DNA from: Alphaproteobacteria bacterium
GTDB lineage: Bacteria > Pseudomonadota > Alphaproteobacteria > JBFXJJ01
Direction of reading: 5' to 3'
Assembly: GCA_050175015.1 (NCBI GenBank)
Contig: JBFXJJ010000003.1
Location: 32,001-96,000, forward strand
DNA: 64,000 nt
The notes under the pieces were generated by a model that made no database searches, had not been told where the DNA came from, and saw only the letters and a list, made by a program, of their open reading frames with translations. The translations under genes were made by a program, and so were the position numbers. Shown piece by piece: positions 43,287 through 54,290 of this stretch; position 1 is the stretch's first letter; each line of letters starts with the position of its first letter.

Positions 43287-44330
43287 TTAAAGATTTTTGT
43301 TAGCAATAATTTTAGCGAAAAAAGGGCTTAAAATAAGCACAAACATAAAGCGCAAAATTTGCATTGTCATAACAAAATCCGCATCAACCTTGCTGGAAGA
43401 TGCGATAATAGCAACGGTATCAGCACCTCCTGGACTTGTTGCAAGATAAGCGGTAAGCGGTTCAATATTCCAGAAGAAAACTAAACAAGCAGCGAGCAAG
43501 CCGCATAATCCTATTAGGGTGATAGTACAAAATAAAATGCGGGGTAAGGCTTTTACGGCGTGTTTTAACAGTTCAGGGGTAAAATTAAGTCCTATACGCC
43601 AGCCAATAAAAGCATAAGCAATGGCAAGTAGCGGTTTAGGGAGTTCAATAGTTATCAATCCGCAACGAGATAGGACAATTCCTGCTAGTAAGGATAAAAG
43701 AAGCCCCCCAGCTCTAAACTTTATGAAATGAGCGGTTAAACAGCAAAGAATAACTACTGCGGTCGTTTGTAATAATGGCAGCCACAATATTGTTTGCACC
43801 CAGACATTACTGGCAACGTGGTTGTAATTATTGTCACCCCATATTCTAGATGCTGTTGATGCGATTGTTGCTACGAGCAGAACTCTTAAATATTGCATAA
43901 AGGCAACAACCTGAGTGTCAGCACCATAGCTGTCCGCCATAATAGTCATTGCAGTTGCTGCTCCAGGACTAAGTCCCCAAGCTATGGTTGTCCCTGGAAG
44001 TATTTGGGTGCGCATCATAACGAGTCCTAAGATTGTGCTTAAGGCAACAACGGTTAGGGCGCCAACAATGAAAAACCACCAGTTAGTTTCAGAGCCGTTT
44101 TCAATTTGCATAGACGATACGGTTTGAGCAATCATACAGCCTGTAAAACCTTGTGCTAGATTATAAGCTGCGGCGTTAATGGAAATCTTATGTCCGTAAT
44201 TGGCAATTATAATACCCGAAACTAAAGGCCCCAAAAGAAAAGCGGCAGGAATTCCAAGCCAAGTCATTATCGAACTTAAAACTATTGATAAAAAAACAAG
44301 AGCTGCCACTTTTAGAATTTTATGAGGCAT
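43287..44330 (-). CDS. AbrB-family duplicated membrane protein
   Basis: SPGAA / TSPGGA and MQYLRV / MQILRF internal duplication; probable start MPHK at 44330. Confidence 0.85.
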   Translation of the reverse strand: MPHKILKVAALVFLSIVLSSIMTWLGIPAAFLLGPLVSGIIIANYGHKISINAAAYNLAQGFTGCMIAQTVSSMQIENGSETNWWFFIVGALTVVALSTILGLVMMRTQILPGTTIAWGLSPGAATAMTIMADSYGADTQVVAFMQYLRVLLVATIASTASRIWGDNNYNHVASNVWVQTILWLPLLQTTAVVILCCLTAHFIKFRAGGLLLSLLAGIVLSRCGLITIELPKPLLAIAYAFIGWRIGLNFTPELLKHAVKALPRILFCTITLIGLCGLLAACLVFFWNIEPLTAYLATSPGGADTVAIIASSSKVDADFVMTMQILRFMFVLILSPFFAKIIANKNL

Positions 44331-44487
44331 AAGGAAAAATCCTAGTTTAAATTTTTTATTTATTCTTGAGAAGGTTATGAACCATTTTAAAATGATAAGC
44401 AAATATTAAAATAAAAAAACATTGACAAGATGCGCTAGCCTATATATTAACCAGCCATGTTCAAATAAAGACAAAAGAGAGCCGCCA

Positions 44488-46068
44488 ATGACTAATAAAT
44501 GCTCTTTTAGTAGAACCGGCTATGATAATATTTTAATTATAGACTTTGGTTCTCAAGTAACTCAGCTTATAGCCAGAAGAGTGCGTGAGAGTGGAGTTTA
44601 CTGCGAGATTTGTCCTTTCAGTAGTGTTAATGAAGCTAAAATAACAGAGCTAAATCCCAAAGGAATCATCTTATCTGGAGGGCCGGCTTCCGTTACTTCT
44701 GATGGCAGTCCCAGAGTTCCTGATTTTGTTTTTAATCTAGGGCTTCCTATTTTAGGAATATGTTACGGGCAGCAGACAATGTGTTTGCAGCTTGGTGGAG
44801 CCGTCGAACGCTCTGACCACAAAGAATTTGGGCGTTCATATATTAATATTACGGACGATTGTGATTTATTTAAGGGTGTCTGGAGCAAGGGAGGCCGAGA
44901 ACTTGTTTGGATGTCTCACGGAGATCGTGTTGAGGCATTACCAAAAGGATTCAAAGTAGTAGCTAAATCTGTTGGCGCTCCTTGTGCTGTTGTGGCTGAT
45001 GATGTTAAAAAGTTTTATGGTGTTCAATTCCACCCCGAAGTTGTTCATACGCCTAAAGGCTCAAAGCTTCTTTACTCTTTTACGCATAAAATCTGTAAGT
45101 GCCAGAGTAATTGGAGTATGAATGCCTTTTTGGCTGATAAAATCGTTAAAATAAGAGAACAAGTCGGCAGTAAAAAAGTTATTTGCGGACTGTCGGGCGG
45201 CGTTGATTCTTCTGTAACTGCGGTTTTGCTTCATAGGGCGATAGGTGATCAACTTACGTGTATTTATGTCGATACAGGACTTATGCGTGAAGGTGAAACT
45301 ACTCAAGTAGTAGAAATGTTTCGTAACCAATATAATATTCCTTTAATTCACGAAGATGCTTCGGAAAGGTTTTTAACGGCATTAGATGGAGTAGAAGATC
45401 CTGAGACTAAGCGCAAAATTATCGGTTCAATGTTTATCGACGTTTTTGATGATTGTGCCAAAAGGATAGGGGGTGCTGATTTTCTTGCTCAAGGAACGCT
45501 TTATCCCGATGTTATTGAAAGTGTTTCATTTACAGGCGGTTCTCCTGTAACGATTAAATCCCATCATAATGTCGGCGGACTTCCTGAGCGTATGAAACTT
45601 AAATTGGTGGAGCCATTAAGAGAATTGTTTAAAGATGAGGTAAGAGATTTAGGAAGAGAATTAGGGCTTCCTGAATCTTTTATTAAAAGACACCCTTTTC
45701 CAGGTCCTGGTTTAGCTATTAGGATTCCAGGGGCAGTTAGTTCCGAAAAGCTCAAAATCTTACGTAAAGCCGATACCATTTATCTCGAAGAGATTAAAGC
45801 TGCCAATCTTTATGATACCATTTGGCAGGCTTTTGCTGTTCTGCTTCCGGTTCGTACTGTCGGAGTAATGGGCGATGAACGCAGTTATGATTATGTCTGC
45901 GCTCTTAGAGCTGTTACCTCAACCGATGGAATGACTGCTGATTATTTTCCTTTTGATTACGCTTTGTTAAGCAGAATTTCTAATCGCATCATAAACGAGG
46001 TTCGGGGAATTAATCGAGTTGTTTATGATGTTACCTCAAAACCACCTGGCACGATAGAATGGGAATAG
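44488..46068 (+). CDS. guaA: GMP synthase (glutamine-hydrolysing)
   Basis: [39 protein letters not shown]; start set to ATG 44488. Confidence 0.96.
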   Translation: MTNKCSFSRTGYDNILIIDFGSQVTQLIARRVRESGVYCEICPFSSVNEAKITELNPKGIILSGGPASVTSDGSPRVPDFVFNLGLPILGICYGQQTMCLQLGGAVERSDHKEFGRSYINITDDCDLFKGVWSKGGRELVWMSHGDRVEALPKGFKVVAKSVGAPCAVVADDVKKFYGVQFHPEVVHTPKGSKLLYSFTHKICKCQSNWSMNAFLADKIVKIREQVGSKKVICGLSGGVDSSVTAVLLHRAIGDQLTCIYVDTGLMREGETTQVVEMFRNQYNIPLIHEDASERFLTALDGVEDPETKRKIIGSMFIDVFDDCAKRIGGADFLAQGTLYPDVIESVSFTGGSPVTIKSHHNVGGLPERMKLKLVEPLRELFKDEVRDLGRELGLPESFIKRHPFPGPGLAIRIPGAVSSEKLKILRKADTIYLEEIKAANLYDTIWQAFAVLLPVRTVGVMGDERSYDYVCALRAVTSTDGMTADYFPFDYALLSRISNRIINEVRGINRVVYDVTSKPPGTIEWE

Positions 46069-46072
46069 CAAT

Positions 46073-46552
46073 ATGACAGACAACTACACTTCAGATCTTT
46101 ATATTTCTTGGGACGAGCTGCAAAGTTACGCTCAAGCACTTGCTAGGCAAGTCTATCAGAAAGTTCCTTATATCAATAAAGTTTTAGCGGTTACAAGAGG
46201 CGGGCTTTTTCCTGCTGGTATTATTGCGAGAGAACTTAACATTAGGCAGGTCGATGCTATAAGTGTTGAATCTTATTATGAGCAGTCTCGGAATGAACCT
46301 AAAATTATTAAGGACTGCCAAGAAGAGTTTAGGGATACCGTGTTGGTTGTTGATGATTTAGTTGATACGGGAAGTACCTTTGGACTTTTAAGAAAACACA
46401 TTGAGAATGCCCATTTTGCTACCATATTTGCAAAACCTAACGGGATTAAAAGTGTAGATAGTTATTTTAGAGATGTTCCGCAGTCAACTTGGGTTAGGTT
46501 TCCTTGGGATACAACTAGACAATATTCTGCGCCTCTTATTAAAGATCGGTAG
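46073..46552 (+). CDS. gpt: Xanthine phosphoribosyltransferase
   Basis: AVTRGG, VVDDLVDTG, WVRFPWD. Confidence 0.88.
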   Translation: MTDNYTSDLYISWDELQSYAQALARQVYQKVPYINKVLAVTRGGLFPAGIIARELNIRQVDAISVESYYEQSRNEPKIIKDCQEEFRDTVLVVDDLVDTGSTFGLLRKHIENAHFATIFAKPNGIKSVDSYFRDVPQSTWVRFPWDTTRQYSAPLIKDR

Positions 46553-46739
46553 ATTATATAAGATTATTACTCTTATGACTAATAAAATAAAAACGAAGCG
46601 ATTATATCGTTATTAGTTGCTTAACTAAATAAATTAAGTTGAATTCTTTTAAACGATTGCTGAAAGAAGATATATTTGATTAGTTCTTCTTGTTATCATC
46701 TCAAAAGCTGTAATTAAATTTTGATAGGTTTGGCTGTAA

Positions 46740-47324
46740 ATGTTAGAAATAGGAACAGATGGCAAAAGACGCTGTTTTGGAAACAAAATAGGGCAAGAGT
46801 TTTATGCATATTACCACGATAATGAGTGGGGGGTGCCAGTTTATGATGACAGAATTTTATTTGAGATGTTGATTTTGGAAGGGGCTCAAGCAGGCTTAAG
46901 CTGGGAAACAGTCTTAAAAAAAAGAGAAGGCTATCGTAAAGCTTTTCATAATTTTGATGTTACTAAAGTTGCAGAGATGTCAGATGAGGAATTAAACGGT
47001 TTGTGCTGTAATCCTGAAATTATACGGAACCGCCTTAAAATATATTCTTCACGAAAAAACGCTAAAGTTTTTATAAACATTCAGCAAGAATTCGGAAGTT
47101 TTTCAAAATTCTTGTGGTCATTTGTAGATAACCAGCCGATAGTTAATCACTATAAAGCGTGGAAAGAGGTTTCAGCCAAAACAAAGCTTAGCGATACTAT
47201 TTCTAAAGAATTAAAGAAAAGAGGTATGAGTTTTGTTGGTTCCACAATAATTTATGCCTATATGCAAGCGGTCGGTATGGTTAATGACCATCTTGAAGAT
47301 TGCTGGTGCCGTCAAGAAAAATGA
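46740..47324 (+). CDS. tag: DNA-3-methyladenine glycosylase I
   Basis: YHDNEWG, LEGAQAGLSW, IIRNRLKI, GMVNDH. Confidence 0.93.
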   Translation: MLEIGTDGKRRCFGNKIGQEFYAYYHDNEWGVPVYDDRILFEMLILEGAQAGLSWETVLKKREGYRKAFHNFDVTKVAEMSDEELNGLCCNPEIIRNRLKIYSSRKNAKVFINIQQEFGSFSKFLWSFVDNQPIVNHYKAWKEVSAKTKLSDTISKELKKRGMSFVGSTIIYAYMQAVGMVNDHLEDCWCRQEK

Positions 47325-47420
47325 AAGAACGGCATCAAAGTTATAGCGAAATACATAAATAATTCCCAATAATACGCTTTAAATGGCTTTTTAGTAAAAA
47401 ATTGATGTTTATAAAGAATT

Positions 47421-47453
47421 AAAAAGCCCTCTTAATAAATAGAGGGCTTTTTT
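47421..47453. terminator. Bidirectional terminator between tag and yjhX
   Basis: AAAAAGCCCTCT-loop-AGAGGGCTTTTT. Confidence 0.8.
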
Positions 47454-47711
47454 TTATCTGTTGTCAAGTTGAGCTCTAACTGTTCGTATGCCTAATGACG
47501 TTATGCGATAAGGAAGGCTGTTTTTTGAAGCCACAAGACCTTTTTTACGCAATTTATTAAAAATAATCATAGTGCAATGTGTTAGTACCCAACCATCGCG
47601 ATTGAAACATAAAATTTTTATAATTTTATTTTTTTCATTTTTTTCGACTTTAATTAAGCCGCCTTGAGCCAACGCGTGTAGAACACGTTGCTCATCTTTT
47701 GAAATATTCAT
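47454..47711 (-). CDS. yjhX: YjhX/TopAI family protein
   Basis: MNISKDEQRVLHALAQGG...C..RDGW...PYRIT..G...VRAQLDNR family signature, 85 aa. Confidence 0.88.
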   Translation of the reverse strand: MNISKDEQRVLHALAQGGLIKVEKNEKNKIIKILCFNRDGWVLTHCTMIIFNKLRKKGLVASKNSLPYRITSLGIRTVRAQLDNR

Positions 47712-47805
47712 TTGGAAAGAAATCCCTGTTTTTTGCCATAATTAAAAAGCTGCAAAAACAAAAAGAAACGTTTTGCAGTAAATTCATAAGGCTAACTTTT
47801 TAGCC

Positions 47806-47832
47806 TTAGCAAAAAACAAGCTCTATAGACAT
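47806..47832 (-). CDS. 8-codon upstream ORF MSIELVFC (toiL-like leader)
   Basis: GGAGA RBS just upstream; 3' half is complementary to the yjhX RBS region. Confidence 0.7.
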   Translation of the reverse strand: MSIELVFC

Positions 47833-47904
47833 AAAATCTCCGAAATTAAAAGAGACGTTAATTATAACCCAGAAAAGCAGCAAAATCAAACTAAAACCAT
47901 AAAA

Positions 47905-47953
47905 AATAACTAAAAGCTGATTGGGGAAGATTAAAATTCAGCTTTTAGTTATT
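47905..47953 (-). terminator. Hairpin terminator after yqhD
   Basis: AATAACTAAAAGCTGA...TCAGCTTTTAGTTATT 16-bp inverted repeat. Confidence 0.7.
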
Positions 47954-47976
47954 AGGTAACGGAGGTTTGTTAGAAC

Positions 47977-49134
47977 CTATCCGTTGACTGCGGTTTGCAA
48001 AATGATACGGCTTTGTTTTAAATCAATATCGCCATGTTCTCCTAGAGAAGTGCGACCGTGAGCTTCTAATGTTTTCATAATAGGCTCAATGGCGTTTTCA
48101 TCTAAATCAACATCTTTGAGGGAAGTCGGGACTTGCATGGTTTTAAAGAATTTTATGGTTTCAGCAATAGCAGCTTCGATACGTTCGTCCTTGCTGCCTT
48201 GATTGATTCCAAGCACACGTTCTCCATATTGCAGAAGTTTTTGTTCTTTTTCTTTACGTTTTACCTTCATAACCGCAGGTAAAATTATGCTCAATGTGCG
48301 AGCATGATCAATCCCGAAATTGCCAGTAATTTCGTGACCAATCATATGAGTTGCCCAATCTTGAGGAACACCAACAGCAATCAGCCCGTTTAAAGCTAAC
48401 GTTGCTGACCACATAATATTAGATCTTGCTGCGAGGTCTTTAGGATTGAGTAATGCTTTAGGGCCTTCCTCCATGAGAGTCAAAAGAAGCCCTTCAGAGA
48501 AACGATCTTGAACTTTTCCTTCGGCAGGATAGGTTATGTATTGTTCCATAATGTGCACAAAAGCGTCAACTACACCGTTAGATGTTTGTCTTTGCGATAA
48601 AGAAAATGTTGTTTCTGGATCTAGAACAGCAAAATTGGGAATAACCAGAGGTGATGAAAAAAATAGTTTATCAATACCTCTTGATATAACGGCGCCAAAA
48701 TTGGATTCAGAACCAGTCGCAGGAAGGGTTAAAACACAGGCTAAAGGTACAGCATTATTAACTTGAGCAAACTTAGTGCAAAGTTCCCAAGGATCGCCAC
48801 CATCATAAAAGCAAGCAGCAGAAATAAATTTGCTGCCGTCTATTACCGACCCGCCGCCAACAGCTAAAATAAAATTGAAGCCTTCATCTTTAATTTTTTT
48901 TACAGCTTTCATAAGAGTATCATATTGAGGATTAGGTTCGATTCCTCCAAACTCTTCCCATTCATAGCCTGAAAGTGCTTTCTTTACTTGGTCATAGACC
49001 CCATTTTTTTTAATTGAGCCTCCGCCATAGGTTACAAGAATCTTTTTGCCTTTAGGAATAGCTCCTGCTATTTGTGCAATTTGACCTTTGCCAAAGATGA
49101 TTTTAGTTGGATTATAAAATGTAAAATTTTCCAT
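47977..49134 (-). CDS. yqhD: Iron-type alcohol dehydrogenase / NADPH aldehyde reductase
   Basis: MENFTFYNPTKIIFG, GGGS motifs, TLPATGSE, QDWATHMIGHE; divergent from an AraC regulator. Confidence 0.88.
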   Translation of the reverse strand: MENFTFYNPTKIIFGKGQIAQIAGAIPKGKKILVTYGGGSIKKNGVYDQVKKALSGYEWEEFGGIEPNPQYDTLMKAVKKIKDEGFNFILAVGGGSVIDGSKFISAACFYDGGDPWELCTKFAQVNNAVPLACVLTLPATGSESNFGAVISRGIDKLFFSSPLVIPNFAVLDPETTFSLSQRQTSNGVVDAFVHIMEQYITYPAEGKVQDRFSEGLLLTLMEEGPKALLNPKDLAARSNIMWSATLALNGLIAVGVPQDWATHMIGHEITGNFGIDHARTLSIILPAVMKVKRKEKEQKLLQYGERVLGINQGSKDERIEAAIAETIKFFKTMQVPTSLKDVDLDENAIEPIMKTLEAHGRTSLGEHGDIDLKQSRIILQTAVNG

Positions 49135-49273
49135 AAGGCTGCTTTCCCCCAATTATAATTTGTCAGAGGCATTATTATGGCATCAATAACAAAAAATAAA
49201 ATATTTATTTCTATCAAAAGCTTGCCTAAAGCTATCAAAAAAAGTTTATTTTGCTGGCGTATTTTATAAAATA

Positions 49274-50197
49274 ATGCATAATGGTATCGTTATGTTAAAT
49301 GAAATGAGTGCGCTTGCAGAAACAATAGTTGGTGAAAATATCGGCATCTTTGATACGAATATTAGAGGTGTGCGTATTTTCCGTCTCACAGAGACTACAA
49401 TAAAAAGACCTTTTCCCTATAACGCTAGTATCGTTATCGTTTTGCGTGGGAAAAAAATAGGCTACATTCAAGATAGAGAAATTCATTATAATGATAATAA
49501 TTATTTAGTTTTAGCAGCACCAATACCATTAGAATGCAGGGCTTTTGCTACGCCTGAAAAACCGCTTGTTGGCATTAGTATTGATATTAACCTTGGAATC
49601 TTACAAGAAATTTGGCGTAATTTAGATCCCAATTATCTTGCTCAGAAAATCAAAACTGCGAATTTTGTTGAGGTTGCGCAATCGTCGCCTCTTACAGATG
49701 AAATGAAATATGTTATTAAACGCCTTTTAAATATTCTTAGTGATAGTGAAAAATCAAAAGTTTTAGGTGATAGTATTGTTAAAGAACTATATTATCAGGT
49801 TTTGAAAGAAGAACAGGGAGAAGCTCTTTACGCACTTGCTAATGATAATAATGATTTTACTAAATTAGTTCAGGTTTTAATCAAAATTAATAACAACATT
49901 GCAGGGCAAATTACCGTTGGCAAAATGGCAGAAGACGCTAATATGAGTATTCCGAGCTTTCATAGAAAGTTTAAGAAGTTTACCGGAGATACCCCCGTAC
50001 AATTTTTTAAAAAAGCACGTTTAAGCAGAGCAAAGAGCCTTATTGACCAGCGTGGAATGAAAATCAATGAAGCCGCCCAAGCTGTTGGGTACGAAAGCTA
50101 TTCTCAATTTAGTAGAGAGTTTAAAAGAGTTTTTGGATATCAGCCAAGGATATTAAAGCATCGAGACACTCTGAATGATGACTATCTTAGAGAATAG
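49274..50197 (+). CDS. yqhC: AraC-family regulator (YqhC-like)
   Basis: AraC_N domain and VGYESYSQFSREFKRVFG HTH; divergent from yqhD. Confidence 0.8.
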   Translation: MHNGIVMLNEMSALAETIVGENIGIFDTNIRGVRIFRLTETTIKRPFPYNASIVIVLRGKKIGYIQDREIHYNDNNYLVLAAPIPLECRAFATPEKPLVGISIDINLGILQEIWRNLDPNYLAQKIKTANFVEVAQSSPLTDEMKYVIKRLLNILSDSEKSKVLGDSIVKELYYQVLKEEQGEALYALANDNNDFTKLVQVLIKINNNIAGQITVGKMAEDANMSIPSFHRKFKKFTGDTPVQFFKKARLSRAKSLIDQRGMKINEAAQAVGYESYSQFSREFKRVFGYQPRILKHRDTLNDDYLRE

Positions 50198-50333
50198 CGG
50201 TTTAAAGCGAATATAACTTATGGCGCATAGCAATTAAATAAAACGGTTCTTGTTTTTTGACTTAGGCATAGCAATAACAGCATATATGAATTGTTTTGAC
50301 TGTTATAATCTGTTTTTTAGGTTGTAAACTAAT

Positions 50334-51713
50334 TTAGCAAGAGATAACGTTTACCGCAAGACCGCCTTTAGATGTCTCCTTGTATTTTTCCTGCATATCA
50401 AGTCCTGTCTGACGCATAGTTTCTATTGCTTTGTCAAGCGATACCATATGCGTGCCATCACCTTTTAGTGATAAGCGAGCAGCATTTATAGCCTTGATTG
50501 CTCCCATAGCATTGCGTTCAATGCACGGAACTTGCACAAGTCCTGCTACAGGATCGCATGTAAGCCCTAAATTATGCTCGATGCCGATTTCGGCTGCATT
50601 TTCAATTTGTTCATTCGTCCCCCCAATCGCTGCAACCAGTCCTGCTGCTGCCATAGAGCAGGCTACGCCAACTTCGCCTTGACATCCGACTTCAGCTCCA
50701 GAAATAGAAGCGTTGTTTTTATAAAGATTAGCAATCGCGGTTGCTGCCATAAAAAAGTCGATAATGCCCTTTTCATTAGATGTTGGGCAGTATCGTTCGT
50801 AATATCTTAAAACAGCGGGGATAATTCCTGCGGCTCCGTTAGTTGGAGCTGTTACAACCTGTCCACCAGATGCATTTTCTTCATTAACTGCGATTGCCCA
50901 TAGATTAACCCAATCCATAATATCAAGAGGATCATATTGATTTTTTTCAAAACGCTTTTGCAGGTTAGTGTAGAGTTCTTTAGCACGTCTTTTAACGTTT
51001 AAGCCTCCAGGCAAAACCCCCTCTTTGCTGCAGCCTCTATCAATACAGTTATTCATAACATCTCTGATATAGAGTATTTTTTCTTTTACCTCTTCCTTGG
51101 GCATTTCGGTTATTTCGTTTTGCATCATCATATCAGCAATAGATAATTTGCTTTTATGCCCTAAAGTGAGTAACTCAGCTGATGAGGCAAAATTATAAGG
51201 CCCAGGGGTTGCAGGCACAATATTTTTGCCTTTATTGTAATCTCTCTCGGTTGTTACAAATCCTCCGCCAATAGAATAATAAACATCACTGAAAATAAGG
51301 TTGTTGTTTTCATCGAAAGCACTAAATTTCAATCCATTGGAATGCAAAGGAAGGGTTTCATTTTTATGGAGGCAGATATCGTCTTGATGATTATATGATA
51401 TTTTCTTTTTATCATTTAAGAGAATATGATGCTCTCTTTTTACGTCATCAATTAAAAGCGGCACCAAGTCACAATTGACGGTTTCAGGCATTTGTCCCAT
51501 TAAGCCTAAGATAACAGCATCTAAAGTTCCGTGTCCTTGACCAGTTAGAGCTAAAGAGCCATAAAGATCAGTTTGAACTCTTTCGGTTTTTTCAAAAATT
51601 TTTTTGTTTTCAAGATTAGTTAGAAAAGAGTAAGCAGCCCTCATTGGACCTATAGTATGAGAACTTGAAGGGCCAATTCCTATTTTGAAAATATCAAAGA
51701 TACTAACGAGCAT
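50334..51713 (-). CDS. sdaA: L-serine ammonia-lyase (Fe-S)
   Basis: [40 protein letters not shown]. Confidence 0.95.
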   Translation of the reverse strand: MLVSIFDIFKIGIGPSSSHTIGPMRAAYSFLTNLENKKIFEKTERVQTDLYGSLALTGQGHGTLDAVILGLMGQMPETVNCDLVPLLIDDVKREHHILLNDKKKISYNHQDDICLHKNETLPLHSNGLKFSAFDENNNLIFSDVYYSIGGGFVTTERDYNKGKNIVPATPGPYNFASSAELLTLGHKSKLSIADMMMQNEITEMPKEEVKEKILYIRDVMNNCIDRGCSKEGVLPGGLNVKRRAKELYTNLQKRFEKNQYDPLDIMDWVNLWAIAVNEENASGGQVVTAPTNGAAGIIPAVLRYYERYCPTSNEKGIIDFFMAATAIANLYKNNASISGAEVGCQGEVGVACSMAAAGLVAAIGGTNEQIENAAEIGIEHNLGLTCDPVAGLVQVPCIERNAMGAIKAINAARLSLKGDGTHMVSLDKAIETMRQTGLDMQEKYKETSKGGLAVNVISC

Positions 51714-51820
51714 TTTTTTGCCTCTTATTTTTTAAAGTTAAACTTGCTTATATCTTTCGTAAGCTAGAGCTCAAGAAAATTCAAGTGGCTATTTTAATAA
51801 TAAAAAAGATAGTATTAAAA

Positions 51821-52960
51821 CTAATTATCGGCACGGTGAAGCATAATCTCAACAATTTCACCTCTTTCCCAAAGACGCATACGAGGTCCCCAAGTGCCTG
51901 TTCCTCTTGAGACAATCAGAGCCATATCGTTGATATCATATTTTCCTTTGTATAGATTATAGCGCGTTTTAACTAAGTATCCAAAAGGCCATATTTGACC
52001 TGCGTGGGTATGCCCTGATATCATAATATCAACTCCTTTTTGAGCCGCTTCAACGTATTTTACGGGGGCATGAGATAAAAAAATGGTTGTTCCTTCTTTT
52101 AAGTTTTGAAATGTCTTATCAATAGGGTTTAGGCTTCTTTGGCCAAAACTTAAATCTTCTATTCCCGCAATATTTAACTTAGGTGCGATTTCTTTGTTTT
52201 CATTATACAGGAAGTTAACATTGGTTTGTTCAATAGGAAAAATACCTTTAGCAATATAATTATCATCATGATTGCCGACTACTGCCCAAACTCCCATGGG
52301 AGCTTTTAGTTTGTTAATTAAATCGAGATGGCTTTCTAATAAAGGTTCTCTTCCTTCAATAATATCTCCAACGAGCACAATTATGTCCGGCTTTTTAAAA
52401 TTGACCGTTTCTACAACCTTAGAAAACCAGCTGGGCTTTATTAGCTTGCCCAAGTGAATGTCTGACAATGCTATAATTTTAATGCCGTCAAGTTCAGGAC
52501 TTAGGTTTGATATTTTTAAATTATACGTTGTAAGTACAGGTTGTCTGATTGCCTGAATGTTGGCAAAAACAGCCATTGCAAGTCCTGCAATTAAAGCAAC
52601 CCCCCGTAATGCTGGGACATATTGTTTGAAAAAAAAGCCAAACCCAGTTATGACATCAACTAAAAGCATTGCCGAAAACATAATGAAAATCAATCCAATA
52701 GCGTTCATACCTACAGATTCAGCAATGGCGGCGGCATTGCCCGTATTCTTATGACCAAACTTCCAGCCAACAACAACCAGTGTCCAAAGACAAAAGCCAA
52801 GTATTAGCCAAGAGGGGAGAGATAAATATTTAACAATCAAAGGAATTGCTGCTGCGCGCAAAAAGATGTAGAGCAGCATTAACGATACTAAACCGATAAA
52901 AATTAAACCAAACACAATATAAACCATAAAAATCACTATAATGTTAAAGAGTTGAAACAT
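51821..52960 (-). CDS. Membrane-anchored metallophosphoesterase (YkuE-like)
   Basis: SDIH, GDI, GNHD, SGHTHAGQ. Confidence 0.88.
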   Translation of the reverse strand: MFQLFNIIVIFMVYIVFGLIFIGLVSLMLLYIFLRAAAIPLIVKYLSLPSWLILGFCLWTLVVVGWKFGHKNTGNAAAIAESVGMNAIGLIFIMFSAMLLVDVITGFGFFFKQYVPALRGVALIAGLAMAVFANIQAIRQPVLTTYNLKISNLSPELDGIKIIALSDIHLGKLIKPSWFSKVVETVNFKKPDIIVLVGDIIEGREPLLESHLDLINKLKAPMGVWAVVGNHDDNYIAKGIFPIEQTNVNFLYNENKEIAPKLNIAGIEDLSFGQRSLNPIDKTFQNLKEGTTIFLSHAPVKYVEAAQKGVDIMISGHTHAGQIWPFGYLVKTRYNLYKGKYDINDMALIVSRGTGTWGPRMRLWERGEIVEIMLHRADN

Positions 52961-53000
52961 TATAGATAGTTTTTTTGAAATTGGTAAAGCTTAAATTGTT

Positions 53001-53474
53001 TTAAGCAATATAAGCGTTTGCAGCTTCTTTCATATCTTCTTCTATTTTCTTGGTAATTTTTTCTTCAATTTTTAATCTTTCTTCGGGAGATAAGGCATCA
53101 AATTCTTCTTGAGTTAGTCCTTCATCTTTGAGATACATTTCCCATAGGCGTTCTTCGGGGCTTTTTTGAGCAAAATCTAAAAAGTCTTGTTCGGTTTGGG
53201 AGTAAGATCCATCTGTGGAGCTTGATTCTTGTACAACCCCTCCGATTAATTGGGCATAAAAATTGGTTTTTGCTGAGGCACTATCGCTTTCTGAAACGCT
53301 TGATATGCTATCATTGTTTTGGCTGCTGCCTGAATACTTTTCAATGTTTTGAGTAACTTGAGCTAAAAAGCTTAAGCCTGATAATTGCTCGCCCAAAGCA
53401 TTTTGAGTGTCATCTTTTATCTTACTAAAATTAACTCCAGAAAAAAGAGAAGCATTGTTTTCAACTATACTCAT
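53001..53474 (-). CDS. Hypothetical acidic protein
   Basis: AGGAGG RBS; C-terminal KSPEER...GLTQEEFDALSPEERLKIEEKI helical motif. Confidence 0.75.
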   Translation of the reverse strand: MSIVENNASLFSGVNFSKIKDDTQNALGEQLSGLSFLAQVTQNIEKYSGSSQNNDSISSVSESDSASAKTNFYAQLIGGVVQESSSTDGSYSQTEQDFLDFAQKSPEERLWEMYLKDEGLTQEEFDALSPEERLKIEEKITKKIEEDMKEAANAYIA

Positions 53475-53522
53475 ACCAACCTCCTAAAAAGATATATCTA
53501 AAAGCACATCATTAATAATCTC

Positions 53523-53568
53523 ATGCAAAAAATGTGCCTATAGCGGTGTTTGAGTTAACGCGTTGATT
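53523..53568 (-). promoter_or_regulatory. sigma54 promoter with upstream IHF site
   Basis: Minus strand TAGGCAC-ATTTT-TTGCAT (GG-N10-GC) and AATCAA-CGCG-TTA (WATCAA-N4-TTR). Confidence 0.7.
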
Positions 53569-53682
53569 TTATATGATTTTGTTGTTTTTATTGTGTTTGC
53601 AGCGCTTATTAAGGTGCAATTTTTTCTTAAGTTTTAGGCAAAAAAGTTCTGGGAAGTGTTTTTTATGATGCTTGTTTTTTTG

Positions 53683-54090
53683 TTATTCATTATCGGAGTG
53701 GTATTGAACAGTTATGGTTTTGCCGCCAACAATAAAGTCTTTGATTTTATTTTTTATCCAAGTTTTTAGTTTTGAGCGAACATAAGGAATTAAACCAAAA
53801 AAGGCTGCAACATCAGTTAATATTCCAGGCGTCAGGAAAAGAAAGCCGCAGATTAAAACGATAACACCGTCAATAACTTCATCGGTGGGCATAACGCCAA
53901 CCATAAGATCTTTTTTTATGTTATATAATATTTTAAGACCTTGATATTTGGAGATAAAAGCCCCAGCTGCTGCCGTTATAACGATTAACAATAATGTATA
54001 AGCAATGCCTATGAGCTGTCCAATTTTAATCAAAATTACAAGCTCTAAAAAAGGAATAGCAGCAAAGAATAAAAAAAGTTTTAAAAACAT
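53683..54090 (-). CDS. fxsA: FxsA family membrane protein
   Basis: PFLELVILIKIG, LTPGILTD. Confidence 0.88.
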   Translation of the reverse strand: MFLKLFLFFAAIPFLELVILIKIGQLIGIAYTLLLIVITAAAGAFISKYQGLKILYNIKKDLMVGVMPTDEVIDGVIVLICGFLFLTPGILTDVAAFFGLIPYVRSKLKTWIKNKIKDFIVGGKTITVQYHSDNE

Positions 54091-54219
54091 AATGACGTTA
54101 GCTTAACTTCAAATATCGGCTTATAGCAAGAAGTTTTGCAAAAGGAGATAAAAAACCAAAACTTTAGTTCTGGTTTTGAGTATTTTTTTAGAATAATTTT
54201 AATTTCTAATAAAAAAAGA

Positions 54220-54265
54220 TTGACGTTGCTATTATTTTTAATCTACACTAAATCAATCGGAATTA
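54220..54265 (+). promoter_or_regulatory. Promoter with Rrf2-type operator
   Basis: TTGACG-N18-TACACT overlapped by AATCTACACTAAATCAATCGGAATTA, resembling CymR/IscR-type boxes; Rrf2 gene ends this operon. Confidence 0.5.
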
Positions 54266-54290
54266 AGGTGTAGCTAGGAGATTGGTGATT

